Part shown: one piece after another, positions 1 through 13,368 of the stretch
Layout: every line of letters starts with the position of its first letter
How positions within the stretch are numbered: position 1 is the stretch's first letter
Notes under the pieces: generated by a model
Databases searched by the model: none
What the model was told of the DNA's origin: nothing
The model's input: only the letters and a program-made list of their open reading frames with translations
DNA from: Myxococcota bacterium
GTDB lineage: Bacteria > Myxococcota_A > UBA796 > UBA2385
DNA length: 64,000 bases
NCBI GenBank assembly: GCA_044344255.1
Contig: JBIJDH010000010.1
Location: 64,001-128,000 of the forward strand
Reading direction: 5' to 3'
Program-made: the position numbers and the translations under genes

Positions 1-231
1 CGCGCCAACCTCGTGTCCCAGCGCCGGGTCGCCTACGACGACCACCTCCGCTGGCTGGGAGACGTGGTGGCGGCCCACACGAGCGGAGATCACGCGACGG
101 TCACAAGGCTGAAGGCCGGCTTAACCGACCGCAACCACCCGACCGTCTGGGCCGAGATGAAGCGCCAGCGACAGGACCTGCCGGAGGTGCGCAAGTTGAT
201 CGCCGCCGCCCCGGAGGTCCTGTCCTGGTGA
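1..231 (+). CDS. C-terminal fragment of a hypothetical protein (runs off the left edge)
   Basis: Frame 1 is open from base 1 to TGA at 229-231 with normal codon usage; no recognisable motif. Confidence 0.5.
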   Translation, partial: RANLVSQRRVAYDDHLRWLGDVVAAHTSGDHATVTRLKAGLTDRNHPTVWAEMKRQRQDLPEVRKLIAAAPEVLSW

Positions 232-366
232 GGCGCGGCCCCCGCCTCCGCTCCCCCCGCCAAATCACGCCCCGCTGACCTGCGCCGGCTGGTGGGCGGG
301 CCGACTTCCGGGTAACGGGGACGCCCTCCCGGGCATCCGTCGCCCGGGCTCGCCTCAGGAGGCACC

Positions 367-2328
<1,962 letters not shown>

Positions 2329-2389
2329 GCTCTACCGACTTCCCTTCTTCGCCTCCTCCCTCCTGAACTCTCTCCTGAACGAGCAGTCC

Positions 2390-3664
<1,275 letters not shown>

Positions 3665-3673
3665 GGGCGACGC

Positions 3674-5839
3674 TCAGTAGCGGTAGGTCTGGACCTCGAT
3701 GAACCAGGGCGGGCCCCCGCCCTGGGCTGGGGCGTGCTGCGCGTCGAGCCAGGCCTGCATCGAGGAGGGCGGCGGGCTCACGATGAAGCGCAGCTCCAGC
3801 CGATCGCCGCCGCCGCCCAGGTAGACGAAGTTCGACCACAGGACCCACCACTCGTGGGCCTGTCGGCCGCCCGGGCCCACCTCGTGCTGGCGGCGGAGCT
3901 CCCCCACCGGGGCGACGAGTCCGGCGATGCGCGCGTAGACCTCGAAGTGGCCGACCGGCGCCCCGCCGAGCGGCAGGCGCTCGGGCGCCGCGAGCGGCAC
4001 CGCCCCGTACACGAGCTCCAGCGTCGAGACCGCCTGATAGGGCGTGCCGGGGCGCGGGTCTTGCCGGGGGGCCGATCCCGCCGCCTCCCGCCAGGTGGTG
4101 ATGAAGGGCGGGTGGGCGCCGGGCGCGAGGGTGTGGGCGAGGTCGTAGTGGTGCCACTGCTCTCGCCAGACCACGGGACCGGCGACGGGGCTGTGGCCCG
4201 GCGCGGCGAGCCCGGCGGCGCCGACCGGCGGCGCCCGGGTGACCCAGGCCGCGATGTCCCCGGCCGCCCCGGCGCGGACGAAGGCGTCCTGTGAGGCGTC
4301 GTGGGGCACGCGAAGCCCCGGGAAGACCGGCCGCGACGGGACCCAGTGGATGGGGTGGGCGTGCAGGGTCACCGGCGGGAGGTTCGGCAGCGGGTGCTTG
4401 CGGGGGATGCCCGCGCCGAGCCGCACCTCAGCGAGGTCAGGGGCGTGACCCACCGTGGCCCGCGGCGCCCCCGGCAGGCGGTGGGCGATGCGGCTCACGA
4501 AGCGGGTGAGCAGGTGCCCAGGCGTGGTCGGGCCGGCGCGCAGCCACTCCCGGAGGTCAGCGGGGGAGAGGTCGGGCCGGTGGGCGGCGTGCTCGTGGCC
4601 GAGCAGGGCGAGCGCCACCCCCGCGATGATCGCGGCGGCGGCGCTGGTCCCGCCGAAGTCGTCCCGACGCTCAGCGTCGAGGTGGGCCGGGCTCGGCGCG
4701 AACACACCGAAGGCGGCGCCAGGGGCCGAGACCTGGGCCCCATGCGCGAAGACATCGACCCTGTCGCCGTAGTTCGAGGTCGAGAGCACGGAGTACGGCG
4801 GTCGCGGGCCGGTGGCGCCCACGAGCACCGCGCCCGAGTCGCCCTTCCAGGCGGGGTGGCCGAGCGGGAGGCCGAGCTCGGCGGGGTGGTCGAGGTCGAC
4901 CCGGCCGTTGCCGGCCGCCTCGATCACGGTGTAGCCGAGGCTCACGGCGAGGCGAATGGCGTGGAGGTCGGGCGGCTCGACCTCGGTGGGGAGGCCCGGC
5001 CCGCGCTGCACCTCGAGCAAGATCACGGCGCGGCGCTCACCGGGGTGGAGGAGCGCGCAGAGGGCGTCGGAGACGTGCTCGGCGGAGCCCGTCGCGTGGT
5101 GGTAGCACGAGGCGAGGCGGAGGGCGGCCTTCGGGGCGAGGCCGATGAAGCCGGCGTGGTCGTCGGCCGCGCCGATGATCCCGAGCACGGCGGTGCCGTG
5201 GTTGGCGGCCTCGAGCTCCTCGTGGCGGGGCGAGTGGACCTCCCCGGCGTCGTCGCCCACGAGGGCCGCGGGGATGGCGCGGCCGACGAGGTCCCGGTGC
5301 CCGCGGCGCCAGCCCAGCTCGACGTCGTAGAGGGTGGCGCCGAGCCCGTCCATGCCAGGGAGGGCCGCGACCGCGCGCGCCCCCACCCCCAGCGGGGCAG
5401 CCTCCAGGTAGACCTGCTCGTTGGCGTGCGGATCATCACCGGGGGTGGTGGTCGGCGCGGAGACGGCCAGCTCCTGCCAGACCCGGCTGACCCCGGGCGC
5501 CGCCCGCAGCGCCGCCAGCAGCTCGAGCGCGAGGTGGGGGACGTGGCGGATCCACACACGGTAGTAGGCGTTCAAGCTTCTCAGCGGCGGGAAGGGGCCG
5601 CTCGCGGCCGCCTGCTCCAGGGCGGCGACGTCGGCGAAGCTCCGGTGGCGGATCAGCCGCTCGACGAGGGGGGCCGGCGGGGCGGCGGCGGGGCTCCCGG
5701 AGCGGGCGTGAATGAGGTCGTAGCGCACGTCCACCGCGGCCTGGAGGCCCGCCCCGGCGTGGGGATCGGGGTGCGTCACCTCGACGATGAGGTCTCCGCT
5801 GAAGAGGGGCGGCGCGAGCGGTCGGCGAATCACAGGCAT
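3674..5839 (-). CDS. S8 (subtilisin-like) serine peptidase with C-terminal extension
   Basis: Catalytic triad contexts YDVELGW, HGTAVLGII and FGGTSAAAAIIAG; oxyanion motif EAAGNG. Confidence 0.85.
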   Translation of the reverse strand: MPVIRRPLAPPLFSGDLIVEVTHPDPHAGAGLQAAVDVRYDLIHARSGSPAAAPPAPLVERLIRHRSFADVAALEQAAASGPFPPLRSLNAYYRVWIRHVPHLALELLAALRAAPGVSRVWQELAVSAPTTTPGDDPHANEQVYLEAAPLGVGARAVAALPGMDGLGATLYDVELGWRRGHRDLVGRAIPAALVGDDAGEVHSPRHEELEAANHGTAVLGIIGAADDHAGFIGLAPKAALRLASCYHHATGSAEHVSDALCALLHPGERRAVILLEVQRGPGLPTEVEPPDLHAIRLAVSLGYTVIEAAGNGRVDLDHPAELGLPLGHPAWKGDSGAVLVGATGPRPPYSVLSTSNYGDRVDVFAHGAQVSAPGAAFGVFAPSPAHLDAERRDDFGGTSAAAAIIAGVALALLGHEHAAHRPDLSPADLREWLRAGPTTPGHLLTRFVSRIAHRLPGAPRATVGHAPDLAEVRLGAGIPRKHPLPNLPPVTLHAHPIHWVPSRPVFPGLRVPHDASQDAFVRAGAAGDIAAWVTRAPPVGAAGLAAPGHSPVAGPVVWREQWHHYDLAHTLAPGAHPPFITTWREAAGSAPRQDPRPGTPYQAVSTLELVYGAVPLAAPERLPLGGAPVGHFEVYARIAGLVAPVGELRRQHEVGPGGRQAHEWWVLWSNFVYLGGGGDRLELRFIVSPPPSSMQAWLDAQHAPAQGGGPPWFIEVQTYRY

Positions 5840-5969
5840 ACTAGCTCCACTGATTGGAGAGTCGCCCGGTTCGGCGGCCCCTCACACCCGCGGGAGGATA
5901 CACCGACTGGGGCGCCTCGCGAGCCGCGCCGCGAAGGCCGACCGACGGCGCCCGCAGGAGCCGCCTGAG

Positions 5970-6533
5970 ATGCCGCAGTTCGTCGAGCCGACGCTCCAGG
6001 CCCTGCTGCCCCTCTCCCCGGCCGCCCTCGCGCGGCGCATGGCCGAGGGCCACCGCCTGCCGGCTGACCAGCTCCCCCTGGGCTGGTACCGCGGCACCAG
6101 CCTCGGCCTGTGGGCCTGGGTCGAGCGCCTCACCTGGAAGACCTTCGCCAAGACCGTCGTGCGCGACCCCGAGGGGCTCCGCGGCTTCAACGTGCGCCTC
6201 GAGCAAGACGGCCTCGGCGCGCCGCCCCGCCCGCGCGGGCCGCGCCCCGTCGTCTTCGGCCACTACGGTGTCGTCGACGCCCCGGACGGCCTGCTCATCG
6301 ACTACGGGCTCGGCGGAGGTCCGCGGCTCGACCCCGGGCGCCTCGTGCGCGACCCCCTCGTCGCCCTCCGCCCGGGAGACCCGACGCTCCTGCTCGGGCG
6401 CTCGCTCCTCGACCTCGGCCTCGGGTGGGCCCCCACGCCGAGCTTCTTCCTGCTCGAGTACGTGGGGCCCCTGCCCGAGGCGGTGGAGGCGGCCGGTCGA
6501 CGGCCCGCCCTCGCGCTCAGCTCCCGTACTTGA
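5970..6533 (+). CDS. Hypothetical protein
   Basis: ATG at 5970 preceded by AGGAG; globular-looking sequence (YRGTSLGL, WKTFAK, FGHY, LIDYG). Confidence 0.65.
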   Translation: MPQFVEPTLQALLPLSPAALARRMAEGHRLPADQLPLGWYRGTSLGLWAWVERLTWKTFAKTVVRDPEGLRGFNVRLEQDGLGAPPRPRGPRPVVFGHYGVVDAPDGLLIDYGLGGGPRLDPGRLVRDPLVALRPGDPTLLLGRSLLDLGLGWAPTPSFFLLEYVGPLPEAVEAAGRRPALALSSRT

Positions 6534-7140
6534 CCGAGCAGCCGTAGGCCTTGGTGCTGGGCTTGGCGACCGCGCGGCCGGCGGCGATGTCGGCGAGGGC
6601 CGCGGTGACGTGGTTCGTGACCGCGCCCTCGCTCTTGCCGAGCGGGGCGTCGTCGAGGGCGCCGGCGTAGGCGAGGTTGCCCTTGGGATCGACCACGAAG
6701 AGGTTCGGCGTGGTGGTGGCCCCGTAGAGGCGGCCCACCTGGCCGGCCTCGTCCTGGAGCACGGGGTAGCCGATCCCCCAGTCCTGGACCGCCTTCTTGT
6801 TGGCCTCGACGCCGTGGCCCTGCTTGCCCGGGGCGCCGGAGTTGACCGCCAGCCACACCACGCCGTCGGCCAACGCCTTGGCGGGCTGGGCCTTCAAGGG
6901 GCCCTCGCCGTGCGCATAGACGACGAAGGGGCAGCCCGGGTTGAACCACTCGAGCACCACGGTCTTGCCCTTGTAGGCCGACAGGCGCACCTCCTTGCCG
7001 TCGAGGTCCTTCAAGGCGAAGTCGGGAGCCGGCGCGCCGACCGTGGCGACCGGGGTCGCGGCGGCGGCGGGCGCGCCCGCGGCGGCGGTGGGCCCGAGGG
7101 TGGAGAGGGCGAGGAGGGCGGAGAGGAGGAGGTGCGTCAT
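6517..7140 (-). CDS. Secreted redoxin (AhpC/TSA, peroxiredoxin-like thioredoxin fold)
   Basis: Signal peptide; APDFALKDLDG, VVLEWFNPGCPFV, YAGALDD and C-terminal GCSVKY. Confidence 0.88.
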   Translation of the reverse strand: MTHLLLSALLALSTLGPTAAAGAPAAAATPVATVGAPAPDFALKDLDGKEVRLSAYKGKTVVLEWFNPGCPFVVYAHGEGPLKAQPAKALADGVVWLAVNSGAPGKQGHGVEANKKAVQDWGIGYPVLQDEAGQVGRLYGATTTPNLFVVDPKGNLAYAGALDDAPLGKSEGAVTNHVTAALADIAAGRAVAKPSTKAYGCSVKYGS

Positions 7141-7946
7141 CGCGAGGGCTCCGGGGGAGAGGGAGGGTCGAGGTCGAGGGTGAAGGCGGCGGCTGAAGGC
7201 CCGGTGCCGCGGCGGAGCAGGAGGCGGGCGCCGGGCGGCAGGGGCCCGGAGAGGGTGGCGTCGAGCCAGAGCTCACCGCCCTCCTCGCGGAGCGAGGGCC
7301 GCCAAGCGGCCTCGAGCGGCTCCGTCGGGAAGACCGCGAAGGGGCCAGGGCCCGGGAGGCGGACGTGGAGGCCGCCATCCCTCTGAACAGCGCCACCGCT
7401 CTCCGCGAAGGGCCGCGGCAGGCGCGCGCGGTAGGGCCCGAGCGTGTCGGTCCCCGCCGGGGCGCCCGCGGCGACGGTGACGAGGCCAGACACCCGCCCC
7501 TCCCCGCGCACGCAGCGCTCGCGGCAGAGCAGCCAGCTCGCCTCGGCCTCGAGGGTCAGCGGCCCGGCGGGGGCGGCGCTGACCGTGAAGAGGAAGCCGG
7601 CCGAACCCTCGTAGACATAGCTCAGCAGCCCCTCGGCCTCGTGCCGCTCCGGGGCCGGCCAGCGGGGGCCGGCCGCAGGCGCGCCGCCCGCGCGCAGGGC
7701 CACCTCAGTGGAGAGGCCGCTCTGGCCGGGGTTCTCCCAGTAGATGTGCCAGCCCGCGGGGACGTCGAGCAGGACCGCAACCTCGAAGGGGGCGCCCGCC
7801 GCGACGACCGGGGCCTCGGGCAGGAGCCGCAGGCCGACGGGCGGGGCCTCCTCGACCGGCCCCGCGGCGACCGCCGGGGCCATCCCCCCGATCAGCGCGG
7901 CGCCTGCGAGGGCGAAGGGGAGCCAGGCGGTGGACCACGACAGCAT
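7137..7946 (-). CDS. DsbD N-terminal (Ig-like) domain protein
   Basis: GWHIYWENPGQSG and WLLCRERC motifs; signal peptide; 4-nt overlap with the redoxin gene. Confidence 0.8.
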   Translation of the reverse strand: MLSWSTAWLPFALAGAALIGGMAPAVAAGPVEEAPPVGLRLLPEAPVVAAGAPFEVAVLLDVPAGWHIYWENPGQSGLSTEVALRAGGAPAAGPRWPAPERHEAEGLLSYVYEGSAGFLFTVSAAPAGPLTLEAEASWLLCRERCVRGEGRVSGLVTVAAGAPAGTDTLGPYRARLPRPFAESGGAVQRDGGLHVRLPGPGPFAVFPTEPLEAAWRPSLREEGGELWLDATLSGPLPPGARLLLRRGTGPSAAAFTLDLDPPSPPEPSR

Positions 7947-8070
7947 GACGCTCCGGCTAGCGCGATCGCGCCCCCGCGCAAGGAGGGGCGCGGCGCCGCG
8001 CGCGCCTCCGCGGCGTCCTGTCCACCACGGCGATGTCGACGTCGTCGATCGGGTCGAATATCTTTGGCCG

Positions 8071-9666
8071 ATGAAGCAGAACGGCCCACCGAGACAGATC
8101 GACCGCCGGGGACAGCTCGGGGTGCTGCTCAGCGGTGCCGCGGCGCTCTTCGTGGCTTGCGCCGATCCCCCCTGCGCCAAGGGCGAGGCCGGCTGCGAGG
8201 CCCCCGCCGGCTCGGGCGACACAGACAGCGGCGGGGCGCCGGGTGAGGGCGACAGCCTGCCCTTCACCGTCGAGACCTTCGCCTGCACGGCCCCCACCAC
8301 CCTCGGCTGGAGCCTCCGCTCCACCCCCACCGCCGTCGAGCCGCCCCGAGAAGACGAGGTCTTCACCCAGGGGGCCGGCGGCGTGGCCCTGCTCGACAAC
8401 GGGGCCGGCGCCCTCCTGTTCTGGGCAGACCTCCGCTACGAGGCGCACGCGCTCACCCTCGGCGAGGCCCTCACCGACGCAGCCGCCCTGCCCACCCTGG
8501 TCGGGGTGCGCTCGATGTCCATCGCCGACCTCGAGGGCGACGGCGAAGACGAGCTGCTCGCCTACTTCGGCGGATCGGTCCAGGTCGTGACCGACACCTC
8601 CGGCGCCGCGCCGCAGAGCCGCTCGGCCATCCCGCTCCGCCCCGGACCCCACGATCTCAGCCCCGGCTACCTCGACGACGACGACACCATCGACCTCTTC
8701 GCCACCTACTCCCTGCCCGACGAGGAGCCGGCCGCCCAGATCTGGCTCGCCCCCGGCCTCGATCTCACCGGCGAGAAGACCGAGGTGGCCGACGACGCCG
8801 GCGGCTGGGGCAAGACCTTCGACACCACCGTCCTCGACCTCGACGAAGACGCCCAGCCCGACGCCTACATCTGCAACGACAAGGGCCACGAGGTCGCGCC
8901 GAACGCGCTCTACCACAACACCGGCGGTGACTTCGTCGAGGGCACCCACCCCGCCGGCCTCGACCTCATCACCCACTGCATGGGCTCCGACTGGGGAGAC
9001 CTCGACGGAGACGGCCGCCTCGACCTCGTGATCGGCGACGTCGACCGAATCTGGCTCCTCCAGAACGACGCCGAGATCGGCATGATCGACGTGACCCACA
9101 GCCGCTGGTCGGGCACGGTGGCCGCCGACCAGATGTACTGGGGGATGAGCGTCAGCGACCTCGACAACGACGGCCGGACCGACCTCCTGATGCCGACCTC
9201 CTGGTTCCTCGACGGCACTGAGCAGCCCTGGCCCGTCCGGCTGGCGATGCAGCAGGCCGACGGCCACTTCGAGGAGCAGGGCGCCGCCTTCGGCCTGCCC
9301 GAAGAGACCGACGCGCGCACCGTCATCGCCTACGACTGGAACGCAGACGGCGTGCTCGACCTCGTGTTCGGCGACGGGCAGCGCAGCCCCTGGATCTACG
9401 AGTCGAACGGCTGCACCGACCAGCGCTGGCTGACGCTGCGCGGCCCCGAGGGCACGCGGGTCGAGGTGGAGGCGGGGGGTCGCCGCTTCGTCGCCCTCAT
9501 CACCTCCGAGTCGAGCTTCGCCTCCGCGCGGCCGCGCAGCGCCCACATCGGCCTCGGCGAGCTCGACACCATCGACCGTGTCACCTGGCACCTGCCCTGG
9601 GCCGCGCCCGTCACGGTCGAGGGGCCCTTCCCCACGCGCTCCGTGCTCCGCTGGACCGGCCTCTAA
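8071..9666 (+). CDS. CRTAC1/ASPIC-UnbV-type FG-GAP repeat lipoprotein
   Basis: Repeated DLDGDG/DLDNDG/DWNADG motifs; C-terminal AHIGLG (ASPIC/UnbV-like); lipobox-like LFVAC. Start is uncertain. Confidence 0.8.
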   Translation: MKQNGPPRQIDRRGQLGVLLSGAAALFVACADPPCAKGEAGCEAPAGSGDTDSGGAPGEGDSLPFTVETFACTAPTTLGWSLRSTPTAVEPPREDEVFTQGAGGVALLDNGAGALLFWADLRYEAHALTLGEALTDAAALPTLVGVRSMSIADLEGDGEDELLAYFGGSVQVVTDTSGAAPQSRSAIPLRPGPHDLSPGYLDDDDTIDLFATYSLPDEEPAAQIWLAPGLDLTGEKTEVADDAGGWGKTFDTTVLDLDEDAQPDAYICNDKGHEVAPNALYHNTGGDFVEGTHPAGLDLITHCMGSDWGDLDGDGRLDLVIGDVDRIWLLQNDAEIGMIDVTHSRWSGTVAADQMYWGMSVSDLDNDGRTDLLMPTSWFLDGTEQPWPVRLAMQQADGHFEEQGAAFGLPEETDARTVIAYDWNADGVLDLVFGDGQRSPWIYESNGCTDQRWLTLRGPEGTRVEVEAGGRRFVALITSESSFASARPRSAHIGLGELDTIDRVTWHLPWAAPVTVEGPFPTRSVLRWTGL

Positions 9667-9679
9667 GCCTGCGCTTAAG

Positions 9680-10684
9680 TCAGCGCTGCCAGGGCATCCG
9701 CGCGGGCTCGGGGAAGCCGGCGCCGTGGCGGTCGAGGAAGTGGAAGGTGTCCTCCCAACAGCGCCGGGCGCCCTCTCGAAAGGCGAAGGCGTGGAAGGCG
9801 TGGAATTCTCCCGGGTAATAGACCGCCTCCGCCGGGGCCCCGAGCGCGGAGAGGGCCAGCGCCATTCGCCGGGTGTCGGGGAGGAGCGGGTCTGCCGTGC
9901 CGACCGGCAGAAAGCAGGGTGGCAGCGGCCGATCGGGAGCCGGGGCCCGCTCCAGGAAGACGAGGGGATCGGCGAGATCCAGGGAGGGGTGGCCGACCTC
10001 CGAGCCCATGCCCAGATAGGCCTCCTCCACCTCTTCGAGGCGGTCGGCGAGGAAGCGGGAAAGCCTCGGCTTCCGCCGCAGGAACCGCTCCTGATCGCTC
10101 ACCTGGAAGACCCCGCAGGCCGGGACCACCGCGCGGGGCGCGGCCCCCGCGGCGAAGGCGGCGGCGGCGTAAGGCTCGGGGCGCTGCCAGCAGAGCGCCA
10201 CCATGAGCGCGGCGACGAGGTTCGCGCCGGCCGACTCTCCGGCGAGCACGATCCGATCCGGGTCTCCGCCGTAGGTCGCGGCGTGCTCCCTCACCCAGGC
10301 ATAGGCCGCGCAGACGTCCTCGATCGCCGCCGGGTAGCGCGCCTCGGAGGCCAGTCGGTAATTGACCGTGAACACGACATAGCCGCGACGCGCGAAGGCG
10401 AGCGCCATCAACCAGTGGGTGTCCTTCGACATGAACCGAAAGCCGCCACCGTGCACATAAAACACCACCGGCAGCGGCGACCCACGCTCTCCCACTCCCA
10501 CTCGGCGATAGACGTCGAGCCGGTGGGCCTCGGCGCCGCCCGATCGATAGGCGATGTCGTGCAGCCGCTCGAGGCCGTGGCGGCTCGGCCGCGCGTCGGG
10601 GTGAAAGGTGCCGAGCCAGGCGCTGGTTCGGAAGGCGTTGTCTACGATCGTTGCGCCGAGCTGGCGGCGGGCGGCGTTCCACAT
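9680..10684 (-). CDS. Alpha/beta hydrolase, hormone-sensitive-lipase-like esterase
   Basis: HGGGF oxyanion motif, VNYRLA, GESAG nucleophile elbow, GTADPL and HAF. Confidence 0.9.
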   Translation of the reverse strand: MWNAARRQLGATIVDNAFRTSAWLGTFHPDARPSRHGLERLHDIAYRSGGAEAHRLDVYRRVGVGERGSPLPVVFYVHGGGFRFMSKDTHWLMALAFARRGYVVFTVNYRLASEARYPAAIEDVCAAYAWVREHAATYGGDPDRIVLAGESAGANLVAALMVALCWQRPEPYAAAAFAAGAAPRAVVPACGVFQVSDQERFLRRKPRLSRFLADRLEEVEEAYLGMGSEVGHPSLDLADPLVFLERAPAPDRPLPPCFLPVGTADPLLPDTRRMALALSALGAPAEAVYYPGEFHAFHAFAFREGARRCWEDTFHFLDRHGAGFPEPARMPWQR

Positions 10685-10732
10685 GGCCCGGAGGCTACGA
10701 CCTCCCGTCCCCGGCCGCAAGCCGGCGCACGC

Positions 10733-10776
10733 CCGTGATCCAGACTCCGTGATCCTGACTCCGTGATCAAGACTCC
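10733..10776. repeat. Three tandem 14-bp units CCGTGATC(c/a)(a/t)GACT
   Basis: ccgtgatccagact ccgtgatcctgact ccgtgatcaagact cc, read directly. Confidence 0.75.
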
Positions 10777-10982
10777 AAGCTCTGCTGGAGCTTCTCGGGA
10801 TCTCCCTGCAGATCGAAGAGCTTGCCGCAGCGTAAGCAGACCGTGCACCGCACGAGCCCGCCCACGTTGAAGACCTTCTTGAGCGTGGGGCTGCGGTCGA
10901 GGCGGACCGCCATCCCCTCGAGCTGGGCGGGCTCGAGGCGCTCGGAGCCGCAGGCGGGGCAGACGGGGACGGGGCTGGACAT
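10767..10982 (-). CDS. Small zinc-ribbon protein
   Basis: CPACG and CLRCG Cys pairs in 71 aa; GGAG RBS. Confidence 0.7.
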   Translation of the reverse strand: MSSPVPVCPACGSERLEPAQLEGMAVRLDRSPTLKKVFNVGGLVRCTVCLRCGKLFDLQGDPEKLQQSLES

Positions 10983-11053
10983 GGGGGCTCCGGGTTATCG
11001 GCTCGCCTATCCCGGAGCCCACCGACACACCGTGGACCGGGAACAGACCCCGA

Positions 11054-11410
11054 TCAGCGGCGCCGCGAGCCGCCGGAGCGGGATGACGACCGGGCGGCCT
11101 CCGGGGCCTTCTTCGGCGGGGTCGCGCCGTCATCGGGGGGCGGCGCGTCGTCGCCGTGGTCGCAGTGTTCGTGGTGCCCCTTGTCTTCGTGCTTGTCCTC
11201 GTGCTTGTCCTCGTGCTTGTCCTCGTGCTTGTCCTTGTGGTGCCCCTTGCCCTGTCCACGGTGCTGGCCGTGGTCGCGGTGGTCATTCCCGCCGCCCTTG
11301 TGCTTGCCCTCGTGCTCTTGTCCGTGAGACTCGGGGGGCCGGGCGAAAGCAGCGGCGGGCGCAAAGGAGAGGGCACAACAGAGGGAAAAGACCAGCGAAC
11401 GAGCGGTCAT
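11054..11410 (-). CDS. Small secreted His/Lys/acidic low-complexity protein
   Basis: Signal peptide ending AFA; (HEDK)n tract encoded by a 12-bp repeat at about 11180-11236. Confidence 0.65.
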   Translation of the reverse strand: MTARSLVFSLCCALSFAPAAAFARPPESHGQEHEGKHKGGGNDHRDHGQHRGQGKGHHKDKHEDKHEDKHEDKHEDKGHHEHCDHGDDAPPPDDGATPPKKAPEAARSSSRSGGSRRR

Positions 11411-11523
11411 CAGAGCTCCAGGTTGAGGGACCCGCCGTGGGTCGCTCAGTGGCCTGACGAGGCCGGCGGCGACTTCATGCGAAGGGCATCGAAGATAAAT
11501 CCGAGCCCCCCGCGCGGCGCGCC

Positions 11524-12531
11524 TCAGACCGCGAGATCGAGGCGCTGCAAGGCGCCAGAACGCCCATCTTCTCCCACCCAGACACCGGTGTCGCGGACCG
11601 CGCCCAGCGCCTCCCGATCGGCCCCGAGGAGGGTGAAGGGGGTGGACGCCCGGCCGAGGTAGAGGGCGCCGACCCCCTTGCTGGCGAGGCCGACGAGGCG
11701 GCGCTGCCCCTCGGGCCCCGGCTCCCAGATGCGCAGGCGGTTCCAGATCGGGTCCGCCTCGTCGATCCAGCCATTGTGATCGGCGTCCGCGCGGGCGAGC
11801 TCAGCGAAGCCGTCCCCCGTGGAGGGGCCGAGGAGCTCTCCGCCGTCATCGGCCTCGCCGTTGCCGTTTCGATCATCGACGAGGAAGCCCGCGCCCGCCG
11901 CCAGGGTGGGCACGGCCTCGGGCGCGCCGTCCATGTCGAGGTCAAAAGCGAAGCGGGCCCCCTCGAGGTGGGCGCCCCTGCCGGAGAGGTCGATCACGAG
12001 CGGGTCCTTGAGGGCGGCCCCGGCACGGACATCGACGCGGTGGACCTCGGTGAAGCTGCGGCTGAGGCGGAGGTCGACCGAGATCTCGAACTGCCGCTGG
12101 TCAGCGGTGCGGATCACCCCCCGGGCCACGAAGACCGTCGACTCCGAGACGGTGTGCCGATCTTCGCGGCTGTAGTGCATGCCCCAGGCGCCCGCACCCC
12201 GCCCCGAGGTGGCGGACGCGGTCGCGGCGATCAGGCGGTCGAGCCCGCGCTGGGTGTCGGGGTCCACCTGGAGGTCCCGCGGGTCAAAGAGGTTGATCTC
12301 CTCGCCCGTGAGCTCCTCGATCAGCATCTTGAGGATCAGCGTCTTGAGGTCATGGACCTCGTCCTCCTCCTCGGGCTCGTTCACCCGGTGGGTCTGGGCG
12401 ACCGGGCTCAGCGAGACCTTGTCGGCCTTGGGGAGGTTCGGGCGCCAGACCTGGAGGTGCTCTTCCCGGCTCCAGGAGTCTTGAGCGGAGTGGGCCGAAC
12501 CGAGAGAGACAGCGGAGGCGGTGATGCGCAT
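11524..12531 (-). CDS. Conserved hypothetical protein with Ca-binding-like DxDxDG motifs
   Basis: DPLVIDL, FDLDMDG, DRNGNG, GFAELARADADHNGWIDEAD. Confidence 0.75.
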   Translation of the reverse strand: MRITASAVSLGSAHSAQDSWSREEHLQVWRPNLPKADKVSLSPVAQTHRVNEPEEEDEVHDLKTLILKMLIEELTGEEINLFDPRDLQVDPDTQRGLDRLIAATASATSGRGAGAWGMHYSREDRHTVSESTVFVARGVIRTADQRQFEISVDLRLSRSFTEVHRVDVRAGAALKDPLVIDLSGRGAHLEGARFAFDLDMDGAPEAVPTLAAGAGFLVDDRNGNGEADDGGELLGPSTGDGFAELARADADHNGWIDEADPIWNRLRIWEPGPEGQRRLVGLASKGVGALYLGRASTPFTLLGADREALGAVRDTGVWVGEDGRSGALQRLDLAV

Positions 12532-12603
12532 GGGGACCTCATCGGTTGTATCGGCTGCCCGCTGGCTGCGACTAAGGTGGCAGGCCCAGGGTAGAGTTCA
12601 CCC

Positions 12604-13368
12604 ATGCCGCCCGCCCCGCCCGGTCACCGACGATCTCTGCTCCACCGCCCCGCCCTCGAGCTCGTCGCGGGCACCGCCCTCGACGAGGCCACCCTGCGCG
12701 AGATGTGGACCCTCCGCTCCCTGATGATGGACCTCAAGCCCCACATCAGCCCCGAGGTGGACTACGCGAAGTACAAAGCGCGGGTTCAGATCTCGGACTC
12801 GGTCTGGCTGCAGCGCGACGCGCGGGGAAACGTCACGGGGACCTTCTGCCTCAACGTCGATGAACGCGAGCAGGACGGTGTCCCCTACCTCTACCTCGAC
12901 ACAGAGTACGGCTTCGTACACCCGGACGCGCGGAAGAGCGCCGGCATCCCCCGGTCCGCGCTGCTCTGCACCCTGGAGAGCCTCCTCCGGAAGCGGGTGG
13001 GGCGGATCTACCTCGGTGGGGCCTGCTACCCCGCCACCTTCATGCTGGCGGCCAACGCCACTCCTCGCGTACGCCACCGCTTCGTGCCGATGGACCCCTG
13101 GGAGGAGGCCGCGTTCGTCTCGGCCGGTCGAGACTGGTACGATATGGACCCTGCCACCGGCCTCGTCTCCATGCGAACCTTGCCCCGCGCCCCCCGCCGA
13201 ACACCCCCCTCCAATTTGGCCCTCCACGGCCTCTTCGACGACTACCAGCGCGTTAACCCCGACTGGCACCAGGGTGTCGGCCTCTTCACCTGGATCCCGA
13301 TGGACGCCGGGACCCTCCGTACGGTGTTCGACATGCTCTGGACCCGATGGCGGCGAGGTCGACGATGA
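12604..13368 (+). CDS. Hypothetical protein, possible GNAT fold
   Basis: A beta-strand run followed by FVHPDARKSAG resembles the GNAT motif A context; ATGA overlap with the next gene. Confidence 0.65.
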   Translation: MPPAPPGHRRSLLHRPALELVAGTALDEATLREMWTLRSLMMDLKPHISPEVDYAKYKARVQISDSVWLQRDARGNVTGTFCLNVDEREQDGVPYLYLDTEYGFVHPDARKSAGIPRSALLCTLESLLRKRVGRIYLGGACYPATFMLAANATPRVRHRFVPMDPWEEAAFVSAGRDWYDMDPATGLVSMRTLPRAPRRTPPSNLALHGLFDDYQRVNPDWHQGVGLFTWIPMDAGTLRTVFDMLWTRWRRGRR

